From Eledone cirrhosa (lineage: Eukaryota), in the NCBI GenBank assembly GCA_964016885.1, contig OZ024741.1, positions 34,224,001 through 34,288,000 on the forward strand: a DNA stretch of 64,000 bases, written 5' to 3'. The notes beneath the pieces are model-generated. The model was not told where the DNA came from, ran no database searches, and saw nothing but the letters and a program-made list of their open reading frames with translations. A program made the position numbers and the translations under genes. Of the stretch, positions 49,629 to 62,421 are shown piece after piece (the first letter of the stretch is position 1; every line of letters starts with the position of its first letter).

Positions 49629-50325
49629 CATACACACATTTTTTTTATTGGTTCAGCATAATCATTAGTTGCTAGGCAACCAATTGATGCAGTTTTACCA
49701 CAGATGTCTGGCAAAGACATTATCACCATCATCATCATTATCATTATCACTGACACCACCATCATCATAATTATTACTGGTGCCTCCTCTACTACCATCA
49801 CCACCATCATCACTGCCACCATCAACATTATTATTACTGGCACCACCATCACAATAATTTTTACTGGCGCCACCTCCACTATTATTACTGGTGCCAGCCC
49901 CACCCCACTATCACCATCACCACCATCTTCTCTATCATCACTGCAATGAATAAATGAATATTAAAGTCTTAAAATAGCAACAGCATTTGTCCCTTTTTCA
50001 GTGGTGGCGGTGGTGGTGGTGTTATTGTTGGTGGAAGAGGGGGGTGCTGGTTATCTATCCATGAGGTAAGACAGTGAAGTCAGAGTTTGTTGTTTAACCC
50101 CAGGTCAGCCCTATTTAGGCAGACCTGTGACCAATGAACAACATTCCAGTCATGCTTAGTTGCACAGAGTTACGGCCCTTTGCGTTCTCTGTTAAAAAAT
50201 CCTGCTATGGTTAACTTTGCCTTTCATCCTTACAGGGTTGATAAAATAAAGTACCAGTAATGCACCAGGTCGATTTAATCGACTTTCCCCTTCCCCTAAA
50301 ATTGCATTATTTCGTCTTGGCAGAT

Positions 50326-50772
50326 ATATAATTGTTTCTACATTTGGCACAAGGCCAGCAATTACACAGTACATTACTGGTACTTTATTTTATCCTGCAG
50401 GTCGGTCGTGTAATAATTGTTTCTACATTTGGCACAAGGCCAGCAATTACTCAGTACATTACTGGTACTTTATTTTATCCTGCAGGTCGGTCGTGTAATA
50501 ATTGTTTCTACATTTGGCACAAGGCCAGCAATTACTCAGTGCATTACTGGTACTTTATTTTATCCTGCAGGTCGGTCATGTAATAATTGTTTCTACATTT
50601 GGCACAAGGCCAGCAATTCACCAGTGCATTACTGGTACTTTATTTTATCGACCACCGTAAGGATAAAAGGCAAAGTTAACCTCGGCAGGATTTGAACTCA
50701 GAATGGCAAGGGCCGTAACTCTATGCGTCAAAGCATGGCGTCCGACCCTCTACCGATACTGCCAATCCACCA
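50326..50772 (-). mobile_element. SINE family 2 copy whose 3' part is amplified as an 85-bp tandem repeat
   Basis: Units start at about 50326, 50411, 50496 and 50581. The last one continues into the full SINE head. Confidence 0.9.
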
Positions 50773-51429
50773 CGTCTTGGGAGATATATAATGTATCTAA
50801 TGTCATATCACTCCATATGTTCCTCCTTTTGTAGGAGGAGATTTAGACTGCTGTTTCTAGCACAGAGAAACTCCAATATTTGGTAACCAGGAGAAGGGAG
50901 GTTATCTTTGTTTCAGTGACAGGATAGGGAGGCAGTGTTAGGGCGGGGTGGGGGTCTGTATAACAGGGCATGGGGGGGGGTGTATTACTAGTGATAGGGC
51001 AGGGTTGGGGCTGTCTGATAGGGTAGTGGGCTATGGTGATGATAGGGGCATCAGTAGGGAGGGGGTTACTGTTGTATTATCACATATACTCTCAAACATG
51101 TATATATACATGGTGGCTGCCAACTCGTTTTCGAGTACGGCCACTACTTTATATCCATGTAGGAGAACCCCTACCGAAGCGCTGAACGAGTGTGACTTTT
51201 TAGTCCAGCCAGCGACTTGAAAACTCTGGTACAAACACTACACTTGTGACAATTATTGACACATAGTGCTGGGGCCATGGTACCATGTGAGGACAAGTGC
51301 AGAGAGATCTCCAGATATAAAGCAATGCCTGTGCCGTGAAGCTTTTATAGTGAGCAAAGGCACTGCACAAAGCCAGTCCCACTCTCTTAACCAAGATGAT
51401 ATTTACCAAAAAGAAGAACAAGTCAACAT

Positions 51430-51720
51430 CATTGGATACCATCAGGGTTGCAGGTGTTATATCAGAGTTTTCCTTCTCCTAGAATTCTGCCTTGACAAAG
51501 GCTAAGGGGTCATCTCTCCCGGTGATTCTGGATGGCCATTGACTCTTAAGAGCTCCTTTGCCCTTTGACAGGTTTTGTTTTTAGTCCTGCAGGATGTCCA
51601 AAGTCACCCTCCTCACCAAGAAACCTTGGTGGGGTTGCCAGTTTAGTCGCCAACGACCCGACCATGAGACAGGTTGTACTGGGATACATGTTACCAGTAG
51701 CACCAACTGGTGACCTGACA
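51430..51720 (-). mobile_element. Probable RTE-type LINE 5' UTR relic
   Basis: Minus strand carries CTAGGAGAAGGAAAACTCTGA, a motif I recall from RTE 5' UTRs, preceded by a structured GC-rich segment. Confidence 0.45.
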
Positions 51721-51799
51721 TACAGACATGCAAACATACACATACTGGCATTTTTTTTTCCTATTTCATATATATTGTAATTATATTTTCACTGTCACT

Positions 51800-53000
51800 A
51801 TGGGAGGTGGTGTTGGTGGTAGTGGTTGTTGTGGTGGTGGTGTTGGTCGTTGCTGTGGTGGTGGTGGAGGTGGTGGTGTTGGTGGTTGCTGTGGTGGTGG
51901 TGGTGTTGCTGGTAGTGGTGGTGGTGTTGGTGGTGGTGTTGCTGGTAGTGGTGGTAGTGGTTGTTGTGGTGGTGGTGTTGGTGGTTGCTGTGGTGGTGGT
52001 GGTGATGTTGCTGGTAGTGGTTGTTGTGTTGGTGGTTGCTGTGGTGGTGTTGGTGGTGGTGGTGGTGTTGCTGGTAGTGGTGGTAGTGGTTGTTGTGGTG
52101 GTGGTGTTGGTGGTTGCTGTGGTGGTGGTGTGGTGGCAGTAGTGCCGACAGTGGTGTTGTGGTGGTGGTGTGGTGGCAGTAGTGCCGACAGTGGTGTTGT
52201 GGTGGTCATGCTTGTGACAGCAGTTGTGGTAGTGGTGCTGCAATGGTGGTGGTGGAGGAGATAGATTTCTATCAAGAACACATCACTTTAGTATTGAAGT
52301 CAAGTACTTTGGCTTCCTGGATCAATAACACCACCCCAACACCACCACACCACCAACACTACCACACCACCACCACTACTGCTGCTGCTTTCTTCAACCC
52401 TGCTTCTGCCACTAATAACATCAGCATTGCTGCTGCTGACAATTCCATCACTACCACTGCTGTTTGTTGCTTGTTAATACTACCACCACCAACACCACTA
52501 CCACTGCCACTATCACCACCACTGCCACTATCACCACCACTGCCACTATCACCACTACTACCACTGCCACAACCACCACCACTATCACCACCTCCACTAC
52601 CACCACCACCACCACCACTATCACCACCTCCACTACCACCACCACCACTACCACCACCACCACTACCACCAACACCACTACCACCAACACCACCACCATT
52701 ACCACTACCACCACCACTACCACTACCACCACAGCCATTACCACTGCCACCATCGCTACCACAGCCACCACCACCACTGCCACCACCACTACCACCACCA
52801 CCACCACAATATTTTCTTGTCTTCCATATTTCTCTAATATCTATCACTATACATGTTCTCTCTCTAATGTGCCACCATATATGCTCTCCCCCCTCTCTCT
52901 CTAATGTGCCACCATACATGCTCTCTCTCATGTGCAGCCCACATCTACTTCTATTACCACCACCTCCACTACCACCACTATTACTACTACTACTACTACT
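51800..53000. repeat. (GGT)n-rich tract followed by an (ACC)n-rich tract
   Basis: Degenerate triplet repeats at 51800-52255 and 52330-53000 in opposite orientation. Confidence 0.9.
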
Positions 53001-53339
53001 GTCCCACAGTATACAACACCCTGTCCTGTATCAGCTGTTGTAGTGTTGTTATCCTCTTGCTGTGGTTGTACGATAATTGGATGGCAGTAGATAATGAGAC
53101 ATAGTGGATTACCCACACGTATTACTGGTAATTTAACAACTGTTCTATTTCTTACATCAGCACAATTATACATATATTTGTCATGTAGCATTAGTGGTGT
53201 TTATGTGTGTCTATCAAATTGATCCGCAGGATATCACTGGTACCCAGAGCTAAATTAACTCCTTTAAAAAAATGATAGTCTCCCTCTCCTCATAAATTCA
53301 GAAAAAAGAATATATTTTGGAAAACCAAAAAGATCTTTG

Positions 53340-53680
53340 AAGTAATGTTACTTGATAGAGTGTGTAAATCAGAGATGAGAGAGTTACTCCAGTTAGAGCA
53401 GCTGCTTCTCCAAATAGAGAGATCACAACTCAGATACTATGGACATGTGGTTAGAATGTCTCAGGAAAGAATCACTGGACAGATTTTACAAGCAAAATCC
53501 CAACTGGCAGGAGACCCAGGGGTAGACCCCGAGCAAGATCGTTGGATAACATCTATGAGCCTGGCTGATCTTGCTTGGGGATCCAGCTGGAGCGGTTGGA
53601 GATGTTTGCTTCTGACAGGACCCTCTTGAAGGCATGTTTGAGGACTCTGCCCCCCACAACCCTAAGAGGGAGAAGAAGAA
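53340..53680 (+). mobile_element. Old RTE-type LINE 3' fragment
   Basis: LLLQIERSQLRYYGHVVRMSQER and an (AGA)n-like tail. Inverted relative to 34748-35115. Confidence 0.78.
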
Positions 53681-54254
53681 AAACTACTACTACTACTACT
53701 ACTACATCATTTAATATGAATAAACTGGTGCCTCCTCTTCTCTTGATGTCCCCTAAGCATGTGTTTGTTTTATTTAATGGTTAGTCCAACCACACTGGTT
53801 CCGAACTGTCACTTCATTGTGCTACTACCTGACTATTGCAGTATACTAACATCAGACCCTCTAAGAAATGTTACCAGTGAAAAAGACTGGTGTCCTTTCC
53901 AGGTGGGGAAGATTTCCATTATTTATTTAATGCTACTTTACCAGGAACTATGGACAGGTCAGACCAACGAGAAGTGTCCATTCCATTTGCTGTCCCACTC
54001 CCCGACCTGTGAAAGGAATGTGGCTGATGTTTGGATATGTCTGTAAGGAAGATCCAGAAGATTACAGTTTATAGAGGAAGTATTGAATAAAGTGAGAACA
54101 GCTTTGACAGTGAGGTTAAGAAGGTCCTTTTGCAATTACCTGGTTCTTGGTCCAAACCCACTATACAGTACCTTGTGAGGAGAATTTGGGGGATATAAAA
54201 ACTGTGGAAGCCCATTGTATATATATAATCATCCTTCTTTTTCTAATGTTTGCG

Positions 54255-54570
54255 TGAGTTGAGTCGGTCCTTTCATAGGTTGGGTGGGTCCTTTCCTGAA
54301 TTGGGTAGGTCTTTTCCCGAGTTGGATGGGTCCTTTCCTGAATTGGATGGGTCCTTTCTTGAGTTGGGTGGGTCCTTTCCTGAATTGGGTGGGTCCTTTC
54401 CCGAATTGGATGGGTCCTTTCCTGAATTGGATGAATCCTTTCTTGAGTTGAGTGGGTCCTTTCCTGAATTGGGTGGGTCCTTTCCCGAGTTGGATGGGTC
54501 CTTTCCTGAATTGGATGGGTCCTTTCTTGAGTTAGATGGATCTTTTCCTGAGTTGGATCAGTCCTTTCCA
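54255..54570. repeat. 21-bp minisatellite, about 15 copies
   Basis: Unit GA(G/A)TTGG(A/G)TGGGTCCTTTCCT. Confidence 0.93.
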
Positions 54571-55503
54571 GCAGCTTCCCTCAACATGTGTTCCTTTATC
54601 ATCTCCTGTAAAATTAAAACATCCTGAGATCATCTTTTGTCACTTCTGCCCAAATCTTCCTTAGACTTCTTCTATTACAGCTTCCTTCCACTTGGATCTC
54701 TCAGCACTTCACCCAATAATGATAATGATCATCATCATCATCCATATGCATCACATGTCCATACCAGCTCAGTCTACTCTCTTGCACACTGCATCTGATT
54801 CCTCTTATAGTCGTTTTTTTCTCTCAACTCGTCCATACTGCCATGCAACGTCAGTGATCATAAGTAAACAGAAATTCAAGAAACTTGTTGAAACTTAACA
54901 TAAGGAAGTTGTGAAACAACAACTATACTCTAAACGACGCTTAAAACATTTTAAACATCAAAATATTAAAACTTCGTAAATATATTTTATACTCGTGAGA
55001 ATTTCAAAGCTATGCTATCTGAACATAATGTGTTGATTAGCAACCTTGGCTTATAAACGGGGTTTGGACTTTTGCCCATTTCTCAGACAAAATAAAGGGA
55101 TCTATATTCAACTATACATGGTAGGTCCCATAGGTAACAGAAGCTATCAACTGCTTTTATTGGACCTTCTTGGGATTAGAAAAAAATTATTTCACCTGGG
55201 CTCATTCAACTACATATATGCACTTAGAAAGGGAGGTGGTGGGTAGAAAAAGCTGTTAGTGGTGGAAGGGTTGGATTTTAGCCAGTTAAATCAACTCCAG
55301 AAAATGACTAATACATATTTTATAAACTGCCCCCTTCTCTAGAAAGATTGCAGGAAAAGTCAAACGAGACTATAAAGGGACATAAATTGAATATTATTAT
55401 TTTTTCCTGTCCATCAAATCTATAATGTATTTTGTAACAAACCATCTACTTTAGGGGAAAACATTGTAAGATATATTAACCCATTGATTATATATCATAT
55501 ATT

Positions 55504-55700
55504 AGGCGGTGGATTGGCAGTATCAGTTCAAGGTCAGACGCCATCCTTTGCTGCATAGAGTTACACTCCTTTACGTTCTGAGTTCAAATCCCACCGATGT
55601 TAACTTTGCTTTTCATCCTTACAGGGTCGATAAAATAAAACACCAGTAATGCACTGGCGTAATTGCTGGCCTTGTGCCAAAAGTAAAAACTATTATTATT
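55504..55700 (+). mobile_element. Near full-length SINE family 2 copy
   Basis: GGCGGTGGATTGGCAGTATC head, GAGTTCAAATCCC B box, core, and (TTA)n tail. Confidence 0.88.
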
Positions 55701-55766
55701 ATAGAGAGCAGCAATGCCTATGGCCATTGCAGGACATCCCAGGTTGGTGAGATTGATGTGGTTTAA

Positions 55767-55995
55767 CTCTTTAGTTACCAACCCGACCCAAACTGGCTCT
55801 GGTTCTAGGAAATAATACCCATTTTAAAGGTTTCCAATTTGAATTATAATTTTCCAACATAATTTCATATAAGAACCTTACATTAAGTTACTATCTTAGT
55901 AATGAAATATTTAATAATTTTTGTAAATCTCTTAAAATATTTCATTAATTAATTAAAATAGAGTGCATTTCATTAAAAATGTGGTCTTGAAAAGG
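55767..55995. mobile_element. Old AT-rich MITE-like element (paralog of 29256-29832)
   Basis: TTAA|CTCTTT ... AAAAGG|TTAG termini and internal similarity to the 29 kb copy. Confidence 0.5.
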
Positions 55996-56249
55996 TTAGA
56001 CATTGTAGGTAATGGTCTGAATACTTTTAGTGGAATGAGTTCCTAGTAAAAACACCCAAGGGGAGAAGGGCAGAATCCATGACTTGTTGCTGAGATTGGT
56101 GCAAAGGGGGAAACAATCTTCAAACAGAAGGCCCGGTCTTTATAGCTTACAGCAGAGTGATACTGCTAACAGAATCAAAAACTAGATGGTGGTTTTAAAC
56201 CGAGTGACAGATATCACAAAGTAGACCTTGATCAAAGGCAATCCAGCTG

Positions 56250-56920
56250 GGACCATCCTGTATATCATGAACAGAATTGACATGTGCAGCTGGGTTGGAA
56301 GTGGTATTAAACCTGGCAGATGTAGGGTCAGTCAGTTGGAATTAGCAGATAACATTGTCCTACTTAATTCAGCAGAAGGTGGTCTCCGACATGCACTGGA
56401 TAGATTTGATGCCAATTCTGCACGGCAGGAATGGAAATCAGTTCAAGTATCTTGGGACTATTTTCACAAGTGAAGGAAGGCAGGAGGCTAAATTAAGTAC
56501 AAAAATGGTGCATAATACGCCAGCTCCAGCACTGTCATCAGAAAAAGGGAGGCAGGTGTAAAAACCGAACTCACTGTTTTCAGTTCTGTGTTTGTGCCTA
56601 CCCTAATTATGGTCATAAATCTTGGATAATGACCAAAAGAATATGATTGTGAATACAAACAGTTGAAATGGGATTTCTTCCAAAGGGTATTTGGAGTAAC
56701 ATTATTTAATAATGTATTTAGCTCAGAGATCAGGGTTCTGGTCCTACAGGCATGTGGTTAGAATGTCTAAGGAAAGAATTTCTAGACAGATTTTATGGGA
56801 AAAACCAAACAGCAAGAGACCCCAGGCAAGATGTTTGGATAACATCCATGAGCTCAGTTGATCTCATGTGGAGAGGACAGTGCCCCCACAACCCTCTCAG
56901 GAATAAGTGGATGAAGAAGA
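56250..56920 (+). mobile_element. Decayed, internally deleted RTE-type LINE
   Basis: LADNIVLL (YADD region), FKYLGTIFTSEGR, and a C-terminal region matching the 53340 family. Confidence 0.7.
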
Positions 56921-57542
56921 GAGTAAAATTTCCATGAATTCTTTAAGGAATTTGAGGAAGATTTGGCTATTATTTTTAGCAGGTTGTGCAACTTTCCATG
57001 TAGAGGCTCTCACTGGCTCCAAAATGTGTGAGTATACACACACATAATATAATATATATAGATATTTATTGTTGTGAGTTCAAATCCTGCCGAGGTTAGC
57101 TTTGCCTTTCGTCCTTACAGGGCCAATAAGATAAAGTACTGGTAATGCACTGAAGTTGATTTAATCGACTTTCTCCTCCCTCCAAATTGCTGGCCTTGTG
57201 CCTAAAGCAGAAACCATTATTATATATATGTATATATATGGAAAAGAATGAAACGAAATTTCATTTCCTACTCTTAGTACATACATACATTTATGTATAT
57301 ACACACATATGTATGATATATCAACCTATGATGAAGAAAATGGCTACTTGTTATCTCCCCTTACACCAATGTTCACATTGCATTGCATATTTTACAAGAG
57401 TGAGAAAAATATATACCAGTAAATTTAATGAATTAAAACCTCGAAGGTGCTGCCCCTGTATGATCACAATCCAATGACCAAACCCATTATACACACACAC
57501 ACACACGCACACGCACACACAGAGAGAGAGAGAGAGAGAGAG

Positions 57543-57764
57543 TGGTAAAAAGCCAGGAGGTTATATCCTTAGTAAGTAAAGCACTCACTCCAGAGGACGA
57601 GCCTGGTATAGAGGTAGTTCCATAACAAATTAGCAAACCATACTCAAGGATGCGTGTTTCACCGAGTTAATTTTCAACCCATGTATGGCTGCCATACACG
57701 GGTTGAAGATCTGTTCGGTGAAACCCTCATCTTTGAGTATGGTTTGCTAATTTGTTGTGGAACT
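57543..57764 (-). mobile_element. Fold-back pLTR-like element between (GA)n and (CT)n with a divergent hammerhead-like pair
   Basis: Palindrome 57616-57764 with a 3-nt apex. The + motif 57692-57742 reads CCATACACGGG-TTGAAGA-TCTGTTCGGT-GAAA-CCCTCA-TC-TTTGAGTATGG. The - motif 57638-57688 has GAAA-CACGCA-TC. Confidence 0.7.
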
Positions 57765-58147
57765 CTCTCCTCTCGCCCCCCCCCTCTCTCTCTCTCTACA
57801 CACACACACCCATCTCTCTTCTCTCCCTCTCTCTCCTCTCTTCCTCTCTCTGTCCTCTCTCCCCTCTCCCTCTCTCTTTCTCTCTCTCTATATATACACA
57901 GACACTCTCTCTCTCTCCTCTCTCTCTTTATATATATACACACACACACTCTCTCTCTCCTTTCCCTGTCTTTTTATCTCTCTCTCGCTCACTCATTCAT
58001 TCTTTTTCCTCTACTCCTTCTGTCTCTCATTTTCCTCCACTCTCATTCATTCTCATCACTTATCCAAATGTGTTTGACTCTCATCTTCTCTCTCTCTCTC
58101 ATCCATTAATTTCCTTCCTAACCCCCCCCTTCTCTATGCATATATAT

Positions 58148-58334
58148 GGTGATCCCTAATTAAGTTGGGAGTAATCACATTAAATAAGGTACTCAATACA
58201 TATGTAAAGTGACAGCAGAGGTTTATATAGAAAAGGGATTCTACTAGAATTGTTTCATTTGTATGAAATGATCATTCCTGATGATTTCATACAAATGAAA
58301 CAGTTCTAGTCCTGTAGAAGCCAGCCATTTCTAT
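58148..58334. mobile_element. Fold-back pLTR-like element with a canonical hammerhead core on the + strand
   Basis: CTGATGA(58278)-TTTCATACAAAT-GAAA(58297)-CAGTTCTA-GTC(58309). Inverted arm 58243-58274. Same family as 16538 and 28086. Confidence 0.7.
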
Positions 58335-58437
58335 CTCTCTCTCCTTCTCTCTCTGACTCCTCCATTCAATAGAGATAGTGGAGGAGAGGCGAGGCAGAGT
58401 AAAAGACAAGGAAATTAAGAAGGTTAGAGGTGAAAAT

Positions 58438-58850
58438 GCACATAAGCATGTTCACACACACACACACACTCTCTCTCTCTCTCACATAAGCATGTTCACA
58501 CACACACACACACACATACTCTCTCTCTCTCACATAAGCATGTTCACACACACACACACACACATACTCTCTCTCTCACATAAGCATGTTCACACACACA
58601 CACACACATACTCTCTCTCTCTCACATAAGGGTGTACACACACACACACATACTCTCTCTCTCTCACATAAGGGTGTACACACACACACACACACATACT
58701 CTCTCTCTCTCACATAAGGGTGTACACACACACACACACACATACTCTCTCTCTCTCTCTCTCACATAAGGGTGTACACACACACATACTCTCTCTCTCA
58801 CATGAGGGTGTACACACACACACACACACACATACTCTCTCGTGAGCGTC
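58438..58850. repeat. Compound (CA)n/(CT)n minisatellite, units of about 36-46 bp
   Basis: CTCTCACATAAG(CATGTT/GGTGTA)CACACACA units. The variant switches at about 58625. Confidence 0.88.
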
Positions 58851-59344
58851 TGCACACATGCACACACATACTCTTTCTCTTTCATGAACGTGTGCACACA
58901 TGCATATTCTTTCTTCTCTCTCATGAGCATGTACACACACACATACTCTCTCTCATAAGCGTGTGCACACATACAGATGCATATTTTCTCTGTGTCTCTT
59001 GCATGAGCTTGTGTGCACACACACACACGCACACACACTTTATCTATCTATCTATCTATCTCCTCTCCCCTTATACTTCCATTTCATCCTTCCCCACTAT
59101 TTCCCTTCTCTTCTTTTCTCTCCCACCACCATCCTCCCCACCACCACCATCTTCTATTCGTGCACCACCCCTCCCCCTCCCTTCATTCCTCCAATTTATT
59201 CCACTCAAGCCTCATTAATTTCCACCACCTTCCCCCCCCCCCCCTCCCCAACTTACATCAGATCTCTTCATGTATTTCCTCTATTATTCTGACAGTTCTG
59301 ATATCTTGAGCAAGTATGCCGGCTCTACCAACACACCACTGAGA

Positions 59345-59722
59345 CTGCTACTGCTGCTATTAGAACAAATACTACTACTACTACTACTACTACTGCTGCT
59401 GCTTTTACTACTACTACCACCACCATCACTGCTACTATTACTACTACTACTACTACCGCCACCACCACTACCATCACCACCATCACTGCTGCTGCTACTA
59501 CTACTACTATTACTACTGCTACTACTACTATTACTACTGCTGCTGCTACTACTGCTACTATTACTGCTGTTACCACCACTACTACTGTTGCCACTACTAC
59601 TACTGCTGCTGCTACTACTATTACTACTACTACTACTACTGCTGCTACTACTAGTACTTCTGTTGCTACTACTACTGCTGCTACTACTAGTACTACTACT
59701 ACTACTGTTGCCACTACTACTA

Positions 59723-59756
<34 letters not shown>

Positions 59757-59760
59757 AACA
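59345..59760. repeat. (CTA/CTG)n triplet tract
   Basis: Low-complexity triplets that give poly-L/S/V pseudo-ORFs. Confidence 0.92.
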
Positions 59761-59971
59761 GAAATAGCAGAGGCTGCAGTTGGACTGCTTGCCATTCTCT
59801 CTCACTCTGTCAATAATGTCACATCACCTCATGATGAAACTAGGAGTAATGTTCTCTTCCCTGTACCCACCCCACCATTAACCTCTCTTTCTACCCACCC
59901 CCACCAGTAACCTCTCTTTCTACCCACCACCAACACTAACCTCTAAACCTACCAACCACCATTATACTAAA

Positions 59972-61685
59972 TAACTCAGGGCTACCACAGATATCACTCT
60001 GGGCTACCACAGATGTAAAACAGGGCTACCACAGATATCAGCCAGGGCTACCACAGATATAAAACAGGGCTGCCACAGATATAACACAGGGCTACCACAG
60101 ATATCAGTCAGGGCTACCACAGGTATAAAACAGGGTTACCACAGATATAACTCAGGGTTACCACAGATATAACACAGAGCTACCACAGGTATAACTCAGG
60201 GCTACCACAGATATAACACAGGGCTACCACAGATATAACACAAGGCTACCACAAATCTAACACAGGGCTACCACAGGGATAACACAGGGTTACCACAGAT
60301 ATAACACAGGGCTACCACAGGTATAAAACAGGGCTACCACAGATATAACACAGGGCTACCACAGATATCAGTCAGGGCTACCACAGGTATAACACAGGGC
60401 TACCACAGATATAACTCAGGGTTACCACAGATATAACACAGAGCTACCACAGATATAACACAGGGCTACCACAGGTATAACACAGGGCTACCACAGGTAT
60501 AACACAGGGTTACCACAGGTATAACACAGGGCTACCACAGATATCAGTCAGGGCTACCACAGATATAACTCAGGGTTACCACAGATATAACACAGAGCTA
60601 CCACAGGTATAGCTCAGGGCTACCACAGATATAACACAGGGCTACCACAGATATAACACAAGGCTACCACAAATCTACCACAGGGATAACACAGATATAA
60701 CACAGGGTTACCACAGATATAACACAGGGCTACCACAGGTATAACACAGGGCTACCACAGATATCAGTCAGGGCTACCACAGGTATAACACAGGGCTACC
60801 ACAGATATAACTCAGGGTTACCACAGATACAACACAGGGCTACCACAGATCTAACACAAGGCTACCACAAATCTAACACAGGGCTACCACAGGGTTACCA
60901 CAGATATAACACAGGGTTACCACAGATATAACACAGAGCTACCACAGATATAACACAGAGCTACCACAGGTATAACACAGGGCTACCACAGATATCAGTC
61001 AGGGCTACCACAGGTATAACACAGGGCTACCACAGATATAACTCAGGGTTACCACAGATATAACACAGAGCTACCACAGATATAACACAGGGCTACCACA
61101 GATATAACACAGGGTTACCACAGGGCTACCACAGATATCAGTCAGGGCTACCACAGGTATAAGATAGGGTTACCACATATATAACTCAGGGTTACCACAG
61201 ATATAACACAGAGCTACCACAGGTATAACTCAGGGCTACCACAGATATAACACAGGGCTACCACAGATATAACACAAGGCTACCACAAATCTAACACAGG
61301 GTTACCACAGATATAACACAGTGTTACCACAGATATAACACAGGGCTACCACAGGTATAACACAGGGCTACCACAGATATAACAGGGCTACCACAGATAT
61401 CAGTCAGGGCTACCACAGGTATAAGACAGGGTTACCACAGATATAACACAGGGCTACCACAGATATCAGTCAGGGCTACCACAGGTATAACACAGGGCTA
61501 CCACAGGTATAACACAGGGTTACCACAGGTATAACACAGGGCTACCACAGATATCAGCCAGAGCTACCACAGGTATAACACAGGGCTACCACAGGGCTAC
61601 CACAGACATAACACAAGGCTACCACAGATATGACACAAGACTACCACAGATATGACACAAGACTACCACAGGTATAACACAGGTA
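59972..61685. repeat. 22-bp minisatellite, about 78 copies
   Basis: Unit ACACAGGGCTACCACAGATATA with period 22 (e.g. GGG at 60309, 60331, 60353) and a recurring TCAGTC variant. Confidence 0.96.
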
Positions 61686-61739
61686 TACTACAGGATGCTA
61701 TCAAAAATCTATTCCACATTATAACTGAGGAAGAGGATA

Positions 61740-62246
61740 TTCTCTCTGTCTTTCTCTCCTCCTCTCCCTCTCTGTCTCTCCTCCTCTCCTCTGTCTCTCT
61801 TCCTCTCCTTCTCTCCCTCTCTTTCTCTCCTCCTCTCCTTCTCTCCCTCTCTGTCTCTCCTCTCCCTCTCTGTCTCTCCCTCCCTTTCTCTCCCTCTCTG
61901 TCTCTCCCTCCCTTTCTCTCCCTCTCTGTCTCTCCTCCTCTCCTTCTCTCCCTCTCTTTCTCTCCTCTCCCTCTCTGTCTCTCCTTCTCTCCCTCTCTGT
62001 CTCTCCTTCTCTTTCTCTCCTCCTCTCCTTCTCTCCCTCTCTGTCTCTCCTCTCCTCTCCCTCTCCTTCTCCCTCTCTGTCTCTCCTCCTCTCCTTCTCT
62101 CCCTCTCTTTCTCTCCCTCGCTCCTTCTCTCCCTCTCTTTCTCTCCCTCACTCCTTCTCTCCCTCTCTGTCTCTCCGCCGCTCTTTCTCTCCCTCGTTCT
62201 TTCTTTCTTTCTCCCCCTCTCTCTTTCTCTCCCTCTCCCTCCTCTC
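61740..62246. repeat. 500-bp polypyrimidine (CT-rich) tract
   Basis: Almost exclusively C/T on the + strand. Confidence 0.95.
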
Positions 62247-62344
62247 TTAATAATACTTTATAAAACCATCCACAGATTATCCTACCACCCCCACCTCATC
62301 CACCTCCCCTCAATTCTATTCACTATACTCATCATCATGTACAG

Positions 62345-62382
62345 CACTGCTACTGCTACACTACTAGCAGCAGTAGCAGCAT

Positions 62383-62421
<39 letters not shown>

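Noticed and set aside
51728-53043. Gly/Cys-rich keratin-associated-like and Pro-rich extensin/formin-like ORFs
   Set aside because: Triplet repeats open in several frames on both strands, with no splice signals. Not accepted as the Pro-rich tail of the MRL gene because no RA/PH exons precede it.
54250-54627. ELDGSFP heptad ORF resembling a leucine-rich repeat
   Set aside because: A 21-bp DNA minisatellite with a TTG start. DNA-level identity explains the periodicity.
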